Position numbers and translations under genes: made by a program. The notes under the pieces were generated by a model. The model worked only from the letters and a program-made list of their open reading frames with translations. It did no database searches and had not been told where the DNA came from. Positions 12,831-29,387 of a stretch of DNA of 64,000 nucleotides are shown here, in pieces (position 1 is the first letter of the stretch; each line of letters starts with the position of its first letter). Source of the DNA: Zygnema circumcarinatum SAG 698-1b (lineage: Eukaryota; Plantae; Zygnematophyceae). Location: the NCBI GenBank assembly GCA_037447605.1, contig CM074817.1, forward strand, positions 62,001 through 126,000, written 5' to 3'.

Positions 12831-14235
12831 TCACATGAAGTCCTCCTCGAGCTCTTGGAGGGACTTCCCCTTGGAGGCAATGTCCTTGTTGGAGGTCATC
12901 TTCTCCGCCACCATGAGCCCTTTGTAGCTCTTCAGCTCCGCCACGCGCTCCCTCTCCGCCCTCTCCTCCGCCGCTCGCCGGTTCTGCACAGCTTTTAGGG
13001 TTCTGGTTTTAGGGTTCTGGTTTAGGGTTCTGGGTTTAGGGTTCTGGTTTAGGGTTCTGGGTTTAGGGTTCTGGTTTAGGGTTCTGGTTTTAGGGTTCTG
13101 GTTTTAGGGTTCTGGCTTAGGGTTCTGGTTTAGGGTTCTGGTTTTAGGGTTCTGGTTTAGGGTTCTGGTTTTAGGGCTCTGGGTTTAGGGCTCTGGGTTT
13201 AGGGCTCTGGGTTTAGGGCTCTGGGTTTAGGGCTCTGGGTTTAGGGCTCTGGGTTTAGGGCTCTGGGTTTAGGGCTCTGGATTTAGGGCTCTGCTTTTAG
13301 GGCTTTTAGGTTTTCTAGGGATTTCAGGGTCTTTAGGGTTTTCTTTCTCACAAATGTGTAAAGGAGCCATGCTTTAAGAGGATGGAAAGGGAGAGAAAGA
13401 GAGGGACGGAACGACCTTTGCTACCAGAGGGAGAGCAGACAAGCAAGATTGACTTTTTATTTCTATTCTTTTTATTTGAGATATAAAGGCCTCACCTTCT
13501 CGCGCATGAAGACCTTCCTTTCCGCTCTCTCAGCAGAGTCTCGGGCCTCCCGTTCGGCTGTCATTGCATGAAAGGAGAGAAGTCAAGTCTCTCTCTCTCT
13601 ATCTCTCTCTCTCTCTCTTTCTCTCCCTCCCTCCCCCTTCGCACTCTCTCTAGCCTTCATTCGCTTTCGCATCCTCTCATCCCTCCCCTCTGCTCCTCCC
13701 CCCTCTCTCACTCGCTTCTCTCCCTCCTTCCCTCCCTCCACCCATGTATTATAGAAGGACTTTTTGAGTCAAAAACTACCTTTAAGATCGGGCTTCAGCT
13801 CCACCTTCGTCTTGTTGAGGCGATTCACCACTTCATTCAGTCTTTTCTCAACTTTCACCGTTCGCACCTGGATGAATCCCAACCCGTAATCATCTCCAAC
13901 AAGGCTTTCTGAATACAAAGCTCCACTTCCAGTGTTTGCAGAGCAACGTGGGAAAGTTTGAATTCAAGCGAAGAAATAGGGCCAATAAAGAGGTAAACCT
14001 CTAATCAAGAGTTGACCCACACACTTGCATGAGGGCGGGTTGTGCAAAGGTTGAGGCGCTCACCAATTTAGGGTTGTGGAAACTGACTTGACCAACGTCC
14101 ATAGCTGCGGTCTTCTTAAGGTTGAACCAGGGAGTGTATACAACATCTAAATTATTAAGCTTGTTTCCTGAAACAACCCATCAAACACACACACACACAC
14201 ATGAGACATAGAGAGAGAGAGAGAGAGAGAAAGAG

Positions 14236-14284
<49 letters not shown>

Positions 14285-15238
14285 AACGCAAAAGACGCAT
14301 GCTTTACCTTGAATAGAGTTCGCCTTCACTAACTGAGCGCAGTCCTCTAGCATTTCTGGGGTAACGTCCTCAATTCCCTGCCCCTTCTTAAGGCGCAGGT
14401 ACACATGAGCTGATGATAATTTGTCCACGTGGAACCTGACAGAGATGACATAGTTATAATCATTATTAAAACAAGCAGAGAAACATAAACAGGCGGAGGA
14501 CAATATCTGCGCGGTTTTCGAGGTATAGAGCGAACAGCACTATGGGATTGCATCCTTTTTAGGATTCTGAATGCTGAAACTCGGCGATTAGGGTTCAGCT
14601 CGATACCGTTCTATTAAGACATAACTTACAGGATTGAAAGGGAATGGCTTGAATCGATGTCTGGAAGTACTCATCTTTAGACATATTTCAAGAGTAAGCA
14701 CATTCCCAACGCTTGGTCTCCCCTCCCCCTCCACTCCCTCCCTCCTTCTCCTCTCCTCCCCCCTCTTTCCCTCTCTCTCTCCTCTTCCTCTCCCTCTCCA
14801 CTCCCTCCCTGTCCCTCTCCTCTCCCTCTCCCTTCCCTCTCCTCTCCTCTCCCTTCCCTCTCCCCTCTCCCCCCTCTCTCTCCCCTACCTCTCTCCCTCC
14901 CCTCTCCCTCCCCACTCCCTCCCCTCTACCTCTCCCTCGCTCTCCCTCCCCTCTCGCCCTCCCCTCTCCCTCCGCTCCCTCCCCTCCCTCCACTCTCCCC
15001 CTCCCTTCTCCCTCCCCTCTCTCCCCTTTCCCCCTCCCCTCTCCCTCCCCTCCATCCCCTCTCCCCCTCCCTCCCTCTCCCTCCCCTCCCCCTCCTCCTC
15101 CCCCTCCCCCTCCTTCCCCACCCACCAGATATCCTCCGGCAGGCCGTATTTAATGAGGTCCTCGTTCTCGAACTTATCCAGGCCCATGTACAGCGTCAGG
15201 TCCCCCGCCTCGGGCCGCACCTTGAAATAGAAAACCAT
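12831..15238 (-). CDS. CCDC25: Coiled-coil domain-containing protein 25 (DUF814/NFACT-R)
   Basis: Five exons: [27 protein letters not shown] | [24 protein letters not shown] | [25 protein letters not shown] | [16 protein letters not shown] (plus the short exon AEREARD..) | ..QELEEDFM*. Confidence 0.93.
12993..13340. repeat. Telomere-derived minisatellite (TTT[T]AGGGTTCTGG / TTTAGGGCTCTGGG) in the last CCDC25 intron
   Basis: More than 20 tandem 13-14-bp units in two homogenised blocks, ending ~8 nt from the splice acceptor at 12984. Confidence 0.9.
14716..15120. repeat. Polypyrimidine/polypurine low-complexity intron tract
   Basis: Nearly pure C/T on the + strand, inside CCDC25 intron 1. Confidence 0.9.
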
Positions 15239-15947
15239 TTTCCTTCCTGCCCCAAAATTAACCCTAAAGAAAACTGACTTTCTGCCTCTTCTGCTTTGAT
15301 TTCAGAGGCTTTGAAATGGACTTTCGTGGCAGTGACCCGCCTATATTAACAAGTGTATAGTACGGAACAAAAAGGGGATAAAAAAATGGCGTGATTTATG
15401 GTATGCGTGAAGCAGAGATTTTTGCTGTGAGGAAGGAGCCACCCTCAGCAGAGGAGGCGAGCCATGGCGGCCGGTCAAATTTTAGGGTTTCCTTTAAGGG
15501 GGCGTTTGCTTTGACCACGCGGCGATACTGCGTTGACAGGCGCGTTGTATTTGATAAAATCGCATCGCGATATATCATAAATAGCGTATCGCGACACATA
15601 CTCAGAAAATTATATTCCGATATAGCGATATAAATCGTATCAATAACTTCATTAAATAATATCGCGATACATATGAAAATATCGTATCGTGGTGTATTTC
15701 GCCCTCCCCTTCTTCCCCTCCCTCCCTCCCCTTCTTCCCCTCCCTCCCTCCCCTTCTACTCTCCCTCTCCCTCTCTACCTTGCTCCTCCCTCCCCCGCTC
15801 CCTCTCCACTCACTTCTGAGAGGCCACTTTTCTGACCCCCCCTATTTTTGTTTCCCTATCTCAAGCCCTTATGCTTAGTCTTCCAACCCTGATATTTCAC
15901 CCTCACTGTGCCAACCCTAACCCTAATTCTCCACATTCTCCACATTC

Positions 15948-17494
15948 ATGGAGGCAGCCACGCAGACGCCATATCTGCGAGGGCGCAAGCTCCGCCCCCT
16001 CTTGGAGGCACTCTTGCAGGACCCTCTCCTGCAGGACCTCCCCAAGCAGCCGTCCCTGAGGGAGGTCGAAGCTTTGCTCGCGATGGAGAAGGGCAGCGCT
16101 CTCCGCTTCGCTGTCAAAAAGATGGATGGAAGCAGCTTCGGTATGCAACCCTAGTTGCTGCTTCTCTTCATCAGTCGGTTGGTGGGTCTCTTCTTTGATA
16201 AGGAAGTTTGGGAGGATTAGGGTTGTTTATTAGGTCGTGAGTGGTGGTGGAATGGGAATGTCTGAGGGTGGTTTTTTGTTTGTTTTTTGGTTTTGTTTGG
16301 AAGATGTGACGGTGCTGCAGTCGGCCACGCTTGGAGATTTGAAGAGGGCGGTGGAAAGGGCGGTCAATGATAAGGAGCAAGAGTCGATGGGCAATCGACG
16401 CATCTCTTGGTATGTACACGAGCAGTTTTGATTGCGGGGACACGAGATAATAATAAGCAAAAGGACGGACTGAGTGTATATATATGTGTATACATTTCAA
16501 CAGGGAGGGAGAAAAGAGGGGAAGAGAAAAGAGAGAAAGAAAAAAGAGAGGGAAAGAGAGAGGGAGAGGTACAAGCAGAGAGAAGAATGAAGAGAGCGAG
16601 AGAGCAGGGGAGGGCATGTAACTGAAGTCGGTACGACACAAGGGAAAAAGTTGTGGAGGGGGGGGGTGGCAGAAACGAAGGGATGGTGCAGAGAGAGGTG
16701 AGAAGTGGGAAGTGGAAAGGAAGAGACGAGGTCTGGCGAGGAGAGATTGGAGTGAGGTAATGCGAAAGGAGTAACTGAGGGGTAGCTTTGAAAGTAAAGG
16801 TAGAAAGGGTAGGTGGGGAGGAGTCGTAGAAAGAAGAATTACGGGATTAGTAGAATAATCACTGCAGGCCGCTGTATATGTATAGGCATTATTATGAGGA
16901 GAAGATGTTTTTGAAAGGTTGTTTCTTTGCTCTAAGCCTTCCCATCAATGGCAGGAAGGACATTCATTTCAAAGTTGTTAACTTGTGATGCGGTACTCTG
17001 AGAGGGCTGGTGTGGTGGAGTGTAGGAAACAAGTTTGGACAAATTTTTGTTTATCGTATGAGGGAGTGCGATTGAGTGGAGACAAGAACCTCCTCAGCAA
17101 TTGGGACATTCGAAGTGGCGATACTGTAAGTATATAACTGTTTCCGTTTTATTATCAAGGTCTCACGATTAACAGGATTAATTAAGCCTGCAAGGATGGG
17201 ACAGTGCCTTGAAGCCATCCGTGGAGTTGTCAACTATAAAAGCCAAAGGACAGCTTCCAAGAAAAAATGCAATTCGGAGAACTTCTCTGTTTCTGCGAAC
17301 ATGTGAATTGTTTCAATCTTGTTCTTTTGTGTTGCTTTTTTATTCCTGGCTCTTCTGTATACTGCCTCAATGGAGTTTTTTTTGTTCTTTGACAGATTGC
17401 TTTCGACTATTTACCTCATACCCCGGAAAATAATCCAAATGGGAAGAGGCATAGACGGGCCAAGCGGCGACGACTGTTTCTTCGAGCGCAGTGA
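15948..17494 (+). CDS. SNRNP25: U11/U12 snRNP 25 kDa protein-like (ubiquitin-like fold)
   Basis: Four phase-compatible exons: ..LLQDPLLQDLPKQPSLREVEALLAMEKGSALRFAVKKMDGSSF | DVTVLQSATLGDLKRAV..RRISW | KQVWTNFCLSYEGVRL..DIRSGDT | IAFDYL..RRRLFLRAQ*. Confidence 0.85.
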
Positions 17495-18660
17495 TTTCAA
17501 CCATGAGAGAATGGTGAAGATGTGTACATTTTAGTTTGGTCCGTACATTGATGAAAGCTGGCCTGCATCATCCCCCTGACAGCATGGTAAGAAGTCGCCC
17601 CCATGACTCATCTGGGAGCAAAAGTGGTTGAATGGGATGATAATGGTTTTGAGGCAGCTTCGGTCTTTTAGAAGTAACTGAAGTCATCTGTTTGGCTTTG
17701 TTGCTGAATTCAGGTATTCAAGAAAAGCAACTCCCGCGGGTTTTGAACTCTGGTGGACTATCCCTTGATCCAAGTGGATCCAGTTTTTGTCTCGCTACCA
17801 GGTGGATCAAGAATCATGGTTCTCAGGAACTTTTGTTTTCCCATTCCTTTTCATCTGTCACTGAAAGAGGGCTCTGGGCTATGAATGAGAAGCGTGGATG
17901 AATGTAAGGATGTGTATAGAAGAAGGAGCCAAGCTTTGTTAGAGGCATAGGAATGGAATGGCCTCACTGAAGGCCCGTTGGCTATGGAAGCGGAGTTTGA
18001 GGAACTTGCGAGACACAAAAAACAATGTTGGTGATTACATGTTTGGTTACATGAACTATGACGCCATCAACGATGATGATGGCGTCATATTCCATGTTAG
18101 TTTTGGAAGTCTGTCTCATGTGGTTGTTTTGTGTCCCAAAAGAGTTTTTTAGGGTTTTTTTTCGACTAGAACATGAAGAACTAAGTTATGTTTAACATGG
18201 CATACAAAAAGTATGAGGCTTCATGACCGGACCGATTTCTATACAACTCATTTTGGCTACATTCAATTCAACACACCAAAATTCGCGTTGCCATGTTTTT
18301 GTTGATGGATTCGTCAGTCCATAGGGCTGTTAAAAACAAAAACCCAAGGACCAGAACCAGTGAGCAGAAGGTAATTTGTGGAAACTTTGGAAATAGTCGT
18401 GAGCGGAGAACATTTCCTTGCTCAAGTTTGTCTCAAGAACCTCCAAAACCACTCGCGAAGCACGAGCTAAAAAAACCGAACCTCCGAACAAACCTCGATC
18501 CAATAGGAGATACGAAAGTCACCCCTTCAACCGACCCCCAGTTCTACGCCAACAAGGGTTCAAGACTGAATAGAGTGTTCACTATCTTGCAAGGGTTCAG
18601 CGTACCATTCTCTCTTTCTCTTTCACACTCTCACTCTCTTCTATCTCTCTCTTTCTCTAG

Positions 18661-18691
<31 letters not shown>

Positions 18692-18704
18692 TTTCTCTCA
18701 CATA

Positions 18705-22854
<4,150 letters not shown>

Positions 22855-23927
22855 CTACCGCTGCTCCCCCAACGAGGGCGGGGGAGAGAGAGAGGGAGAG
22901 GGCGAGGGGGAGGGCGAGGGAGAGAGCGGAGAGAGTGGACGAGAGAGGGAGGGAGGAGATCTCCCCCTCTGAGAGAGAGAGAGAAGACGGGTCATTCCTA
23001 ACCCTAAACACGGGGGGCTTTCGCCATTCAGTCGAAAATGAGCCAATGATGACTCGCCGCGTGTGTGGCTTGCTTACGTGGCATGGCGTGATTGGAGGAA
23101 TGTTCCAGTAATAAAAAAAAAAGGACGAAAGGGAGTGCTATCATATATATCGAGATATATCCCAATATATATCGAATTGCACTAAACAGTGACGAATGGT
23201 ATTCCGATACGATACGAATTTGGTATATCGAGATATCGTCATTGCGCCGAGCGAGGATCGAACTCGGCGCTGAAGGGCGGGCGGGCGGGAGGGCACATGC
23301 TACAGTTGCGGGGTTGGCCCGAACGGGCTGACGCGGCGAGCATGCAACGGCGATAATTGGACGGCCGCTGATGGTCACAAGTGTAAAGGCGACGGCGCAG
23401 ATTGGCTACTTGTCAGACAGAGACCAGCGGACGGCTGCGATGCGTCACACATGTAATCGACGGTGTGCAGTCCCACGACGGCTGCAGGGATGGCGTCGAC
23501 CCCTGGCGGGACGCGGCGACTTCGCGTGACAGGGGCGGCTATGACGACTCGCACGCTCCACCCCCTATATATGTCTCGCGCACTCCCTCTCCGTTGTCCC
23601 TCTCTCGCGCTCTCTCTTCCCACTCTCTCTCTCGCTCTCTCTCTCGCTCTCGCCTTCTTCTCTCCTGCTCAGTCATGGCCGTGCAGGGTATTGCCAAGGC
23701 AGCAGCCGCTTTCTGCCCCTAAAATCCAGCGTCCATGTTGTTGTTGAACAACATGCTTCACATTGTGCGCATATGTATCCAACACATTGTACCAAACTTC
23801 CCACAACCCTAATTCTCCTTCCTAGCCTCTCCTTCTCTACCCCTAAGACCCTCCTACCCCAAAACCCCTAGAACCCCAAAACCCTAACCCCTAAAACCCT
23901 ACACTCTAAAACCCTAAACCCTAAACC

Positions 23928-24861
23928 CTAAACCCTAATGTCGCCCTGCATGGCGGCCATGCAGGCCCTCGCGACCATGTCCAGTCGGGGGTCCACGGGG
24001 AGGCCCGCGGCCCTGAGGAAGGCCGCGAGGGGGGGCGCGAGGAGGGCCCGCGACGGAGGGAGGAACGCATGGAGCCGCCCGCGGGCCGTGGAACGGGCCA
24101 CCGTGCGACAGCGAGCATGGAACGCCGCCATGGAGACAGGGAAGTCGAAGAGAATCAGAAGCGGTACACTGCTCAGCTTGAGGTCGTGCAAGTGGAGCTC
24201 GTCCTCTTTGGCAATTAGAATCGGTACTTTGCCGATTCTGGAGGCAGGAGGAACAGGGGGGGAGAGCTTGAGACAACTTGAGTGAAATTAAAAAAAAAAA
24301 AAAAAACATATTTATGTTTATATATAGGAAAATGATACACCACCCCACCACCCCACCCCCCCCCCCCTGTTTTCTCCTTCTCACACATCAGCGCAACGTC
24401 TGTAAAGCCAGCCACATTCGCAGAGAGAGAGAACAGAGCAGAGGAGAAAGAGGGAGAGAGAGAGGAAGCGGAGTGAGAGGAGAGGAGAGAGAGACTAGAG
24501 AGAGAGAGCAGAGGAGAGAGCAGAGGAGAGGGGGAGTAGAGGAGAGAGAGAGAGAGAGAGCAGAGGAGTGAGAGCAGAGGAGAGAGAGACTAGAGGAGAG
24601 AGAGCAGAGGAGAGAGCAGAGGGAGAGAGAGAGAGAGAGCAAAGGATAGAGAGCAGAGGAGAGGGAGCAGAGGAGAGAGCAGAGGGAGAGCGAGAGAGCA
24701 GAGGATAGAGAGCAGAGGAGAGAGAGCAGAGGAGAGAGAGCAGAGGAGAGAGAGACTATGGGAGAGAGCAGAGGAGAGAAAGCAGCGGAGAGGAAGAGCA
24801 AAGGAGAGAGAGAGCAGAGGAGAGAGAGACTAGAGGAGAGAGAGCAGAGGAGAGAGCAGAG

Positions 24862-24901
<40 letters not shown>

Positions 24902-27900
24902 GAAAGAAAGCAAGCAAGCCAACCTTAACATCATCACAGAGCTTCACACCCACCGAAAGAAAAGAATAAAAAGAGAATAAAAAATTCCTGACCGAGAAGA
25001 GGACGGGAGGGGAGGGGAGGGAAGGGGAGGGGTTATCTCCTCCCCACATATCCAAATTGGGGGGGAGAATAGCCGAAATGGGAGGGGTGGGATTTCAAAA
25101 AAACAGGGGCGGGAAAACATATTAACATTCTGCAAGAGAAGTTGATGCAAAAAGGGTTGTTTAAGAATTATTTTTTCTTACCTGAAATCTTGGGCTGTCC
25201 GAATTTGAGCCTCTTGAAGTTTTGCTGAATGCAGGGCTGCCACTTTTAAGCCCTCCTTTGAAAGCCCCTTCATAAGCATCTCGACATTTTCCTCCGAAGA
25301 TGCGGAAATTAAAATTCGGCGCTTGATCCTCGCTTTCTCTTCGGCTGAATGCTCCTCTTTGATGAATTTCAACACCTGCCCGAACAAGAAATGAAGGTGG
25401 AAAAAACAATACTAGATTAAATGACTGACTGACTGACTAAAACGAAATTATAGGATAAACTGACTTATAATTGACTAACTGGTTAACCTTCTACGGCTAT
25501 ATTTTTTAGCATGGAAACACATGCAAATGGAGAAAGTGCAATTTTAGGGTTTGTAGGGTTTTAGAATTCTAGGGTTTAAGGGTAACCTGCCACCACACCT
25601 TAGCCATTTTTTTGTCGTCACTTGAACACACGCTTATGCTGACGTCAAGAGCTGCACACGTGGCAGCTGCACCGTCGTCCACGGCAGCCCTAAAAATAGG
25701 ATCGCGGAGCCAGGATTGCGCCACCTGTCGCGCCGCCATTGGATGCTCCGTACAGAGCAGTACGGTCTGGCACTTGCCCTGAACCCTCCCCCGGAGGTCC
25801 GCCAATAGGCGCACAGCCCCGCCCTCCGCCCCCTCCGAGGTCGAGGTCGAGGGTTCAGAGACTTCGTCGGCTCCGTCTAAAACCTGCATCGCCGGGAGGA
25901 GGGAGGAGGGAGGAGGGGGAGAATCAGCTCTTGTAGACGGGGCTTGGAAGCGAGCAGGGCTGTTGGCGGAGTGGATGGGAGGGGGAGGGGGGGAGGGGGG
26001 GGAGGGGAGGGGGGAGGGGGGGAGGGGGGAGGGGGGAGGGGGGAGGTGGGAGGGGGAGGGGAGGGGGAGGGGGGAGGGGAGGGGGAGGGGGAGGGGGGAG
26101 GGGGGAGGGGGGAGGGGAGGGGGGAGGGGGAGGGGGGAGGGGGGAGGGGGAGGGGAGGGGGGAGGGAGTGGGGGGAGGGGGAGGGGGAGGGGTGGAGGGG
26201 AGGGGGGGAGGGGGGGAGGGGGAGGGGTGGGAGGGAGTGGGGGGAAGGGGAGAGGGAAAGAGGGAGAGGGGGGGAGGGGAGGGGGGAGGGAGTGGGGGAA
26301 GGGGAGAGGGAAAGAGGGAGAGGGGGGGAGGGGAGGGGGAGGGGAGGGGAGGGGGGAGGGGGAGGGGGGGAGGGGAGGGGGAGGGGGGAGGGGGAGGGGG
26401 AGGGGGAGGGGGGAGGGGGAGGGGAGGGGGAGGGGGGGAGGGGGAGGGGGGGGAGGGGAGGGGAGGGGGAGGGAGTGGGGGGAGGGGGAGGGGTGGAGGG
26501 GAGGGGGAGGGAGGGGGGAGGGGAGGGGGAGGGGGAAGGGGAGAGGGAGGAGGGGGAGGGGAGGAGGAGGGGGAGGGGGGAGGGGGAGGGGGGAGGGGGA
26601 GGGGGAGGGGGGAGGGGGGGAGGGGGAGGGGGGGAGGGGGGGAGGGGGGAGGGGGAGGGGGAGGGGGAGGGGGGGAGGGGGGGAGGGGGGAGGGGAGGGG
26701 AGGGGAGGGGGAGGGGGGGGAGGGGGGGAGGGGAGGGGGAGGGGGGAGGGGGGGAGGGGGGAGGGGAGGGGGAGGGGGGGAGGGGGAGGGGGAGGGGGGG
26801 GAGGGGGAGGGGGGGAGGGGGAGGGGGGAGGGGGAGGGGGAGGGGGGAGGGGGAGGGGGAGGGGAGGGGGGAGGGGAGGGGAGGAGGGGGAGGGGGAGGG
26901 GGGAGGGGGAGGGGGAGGGGAGGGGAGGGGGGAGGGGGAGGGGAGGGGGGAGGGGGAGGGGGAGGGGGAGGGGGAGGGGAGGGGAGGGGAGGGGGAGGGA
27001 GTGGGGGGAAGGGGAGAGGGAAAGAGGGAGAGGGGGGGGGAGGGGGAGGGGGGGAGGGGGAGGGGGGAGGGGGAGGGGAGGGGAGGGGGAGGAGGGAGGG
27101 GAGGGAGGGGAGGGGGGGGAGGAGGGGAGGAGGGAGGGGGAGGGGGGGAAGGAGGGAGAGGGAGGAAGTGCGAAGAGCGACTAAGGCAGCCCACCAGAAA
27201 GGAGACCCGCGAAAGAGAAAGGGCCCCTCCATCCACAAGGGCGGAAAGTCTTCCAATTGTTCCGACGACAAGTTCTATGGCCTGAGACTCGAGTCTGCAG
27301 AAAATAGAACAAGTTGATCCTCAAACTTCAAATTTCTACGAGAAGTAGCAAGTAAAAAACGCAAAATCAGAGCGCATTTTGACTGCATGATTCCTTTTTA
27401 CAAAGGGCTTCTAGGGTTGAAGCAACCCTTAAATCTGTACTGTCTGGAAGTGGCCTACAAATCTACAGAAAATGCAAAACTCTAAATCAACCCTGAAGCC
27501 AACAATTGAGCCCATCCGATATCCACGAATGAACTTTCACTATCAACTTACATCCCAAATCATTGAAATACTGGGAGAAAAAAAGATTTTTCAGCTCACC
27601 CAGCAGCTTGATGCTCCATAGAAGTCCCCTCGTGTATAGCCACCGATCGAATATTTTGGCCTTCCTTTAATAACTTCAGCAGATTTCTAATTTCCAAAAC
27701 AGCCTCTCTATTTGGAGCCACAATGAGAGCAATAGGCCCATCTCCTTTCTGAACGGGCACTTGTGCTGTTACATGAACAGCAGCAGGAAGAGTATAACAT
27801 ATTGCACGAAGAGCTCTCTCCCTCTCCCACTCCCTCTCCCTCTCCCTCTCTCCGCCCTCGGCATTGTGCCCTTTGCTCTCTCCATTTTGCCCATGAGGAA

Positions 27901-28851
27901 GTGGCAAAGAAGCCAGAACATCACATCCCCTTAAACAACCTTCCCAACATTCTCTTGCTAACTTTTGCCAATTCAAAGGTGGGTCGGATAAATTTTTCAC
28001 TCTAGAGAGAAGTTTTTCTGCTTGAGTGAAAGCAGCAGGCAGTCGAACATCATGTGGGCCTGAGAGAGGAGGTTTTCCCACAGACCCATGGGGCCAAAAA
28101 ACTCTTTTAGGAGCAGAGATAACATTCTCTCCGTTCTCTGCATTTTCCTTTTTCTGCTTTCCATTTGCTGATCTCTGAGTCGACCCCTCCAGAAATGTTC
28201 CTTGCTTCGTCTTCCGAAGGCTGAGTTCTTGCTTTTTTGGAGCTACCTTTCTCACCCTTCCCTTGAGTCCGGGCTCATTGAAAGGGTTTTCTGGCGTAGG
28301 AAGCGTGTAACACATGCCCTGCAAAAGCATCTCTGATTAAAAAACTTCTATTTTGTCTTCCTGTCTAGCAGAATATAGTATGTTGTATCCACTTGTTTAT
28401 GAAAATTACCACTGCACAATCAAGCCCTGCATGTGGTGGCGTTCGCTCGAAGAATTCGAGCTCTCTCAGAGTTCCAGAAGATGAACGTAAGAGCAAGATT
28501 CTATAATTTCATCATCCCAAGTTACATTATCATCCTCCTCATCATCATCCTTGTTGCATCCAAGGTTACATACATGTTACAACTACTTTGAATCCCCATT
28601 AAGCTCTTTAACTCCTCACTTAAAACCCATATGGCAGACATTCTGACATTCTGACATTCATTGGCTTTCATCATCAAATGACCTATCAAATCGTATGCCC
28701 TTCTCACCTCAGCAACCCTCCTCACCCCCTTCCTCCTCCGCCTCTTCGCCGCAGCCCCCTCCAGAGGGTTCACATCTCCCATCTCCGCTCTTAGGCGCTT
28801 CCTCTGCATTTTGTTCTTCTTCCTGTTCGAAAATTCCTCTCCTCGCCCCAT
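23928..28851 (-). CDS. DEAD-box-like protein with degenerate helicase motifs (resembles the Arabidopsis At2g28600-type family)
   Basis: Spliced product: MGRGEEFSNRKKNK..AAKRRRRKGVRRVAE|GMCYTLPTPENPFNE..GPIALIVAPNRE..|IELVVGTIGRL..LSRVSFL|VLDGADEV..|..TAQDFR|IGKVPILIAKE..ILFDFPVS..HARCRTVAR..LRAAGLPVDPRL. Confidence 0.85.
25975..27165. repeat. ~1.2-kb G-rich (GGGGA/GGGGGA) intronic tract, potential G-quadruplex array
   Basis: Almost exclusively G and A on +, with well over 100 G-runs. It lies between two exons of the DEAD-box-like gene. Confidence 0.9.
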
Positions 28852-29387
28852 TTCTCCCTCTGCAAACAAAACCCAAATTGATGGGCTGATCCAGCTGCAC
28901 TGCAACTCCTGATTACAAGAAAAGAAGCAAAATTCGTTTCATGGAAGGTTTCTCCTCCTTCTCTTTTCTTACCAGAGCAGCAGCCGTGTATCAACAAAGA
29001 GATGGCGGGGAAGCAAGAGCTGATGATTCTCGCCTTCTTAATGGAACCAGTCTTTCTTCAGGAAGGAATAACAGCAGAAAATTTACGGCGGCGCGTTATT
29101 TTCAAGTGGGTCTTTCAAGACGTTTCAAGCCCATTCAAACTTGAACGCATGAAGTGAAGAATCGGAAGGGTTTACGATGAATAGAGTTGGCGGCTCCCGC
29201 CATGGCTTCCTTTCCTTTACTTTCTTTCTGAGTGAATAAAGGCCCATGAAGGTTCATCCCACTGGTTTTTTTAGGGCACAGCAGCAGAGTCCTTTCTGTT
29301 CACTATTTCGACCGTTTTCGAAACTCCCCTTTAGTTTCGGGGAAAAAAAAAAGCTCAAGCATTACATTGCGAGTGGTGGGCCATGCC

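Noticed and set aside
23565-24285. TATA + CT leader + ATG (MAVQGIAKAAAAFCP) and + strand ORF 23938-24285
   Set aside because: The ORF is antisense to the last DEAD-box-like exon and the 15-aa peptide has no support.
25569-27317. Several 340-555-aa Pro-rich or Gly/Arg/Glu-rich ORFs
   Set aside because: Stop-free low-complexity intron sequence lying between two spliced exons of the DEAD-box-like gene.
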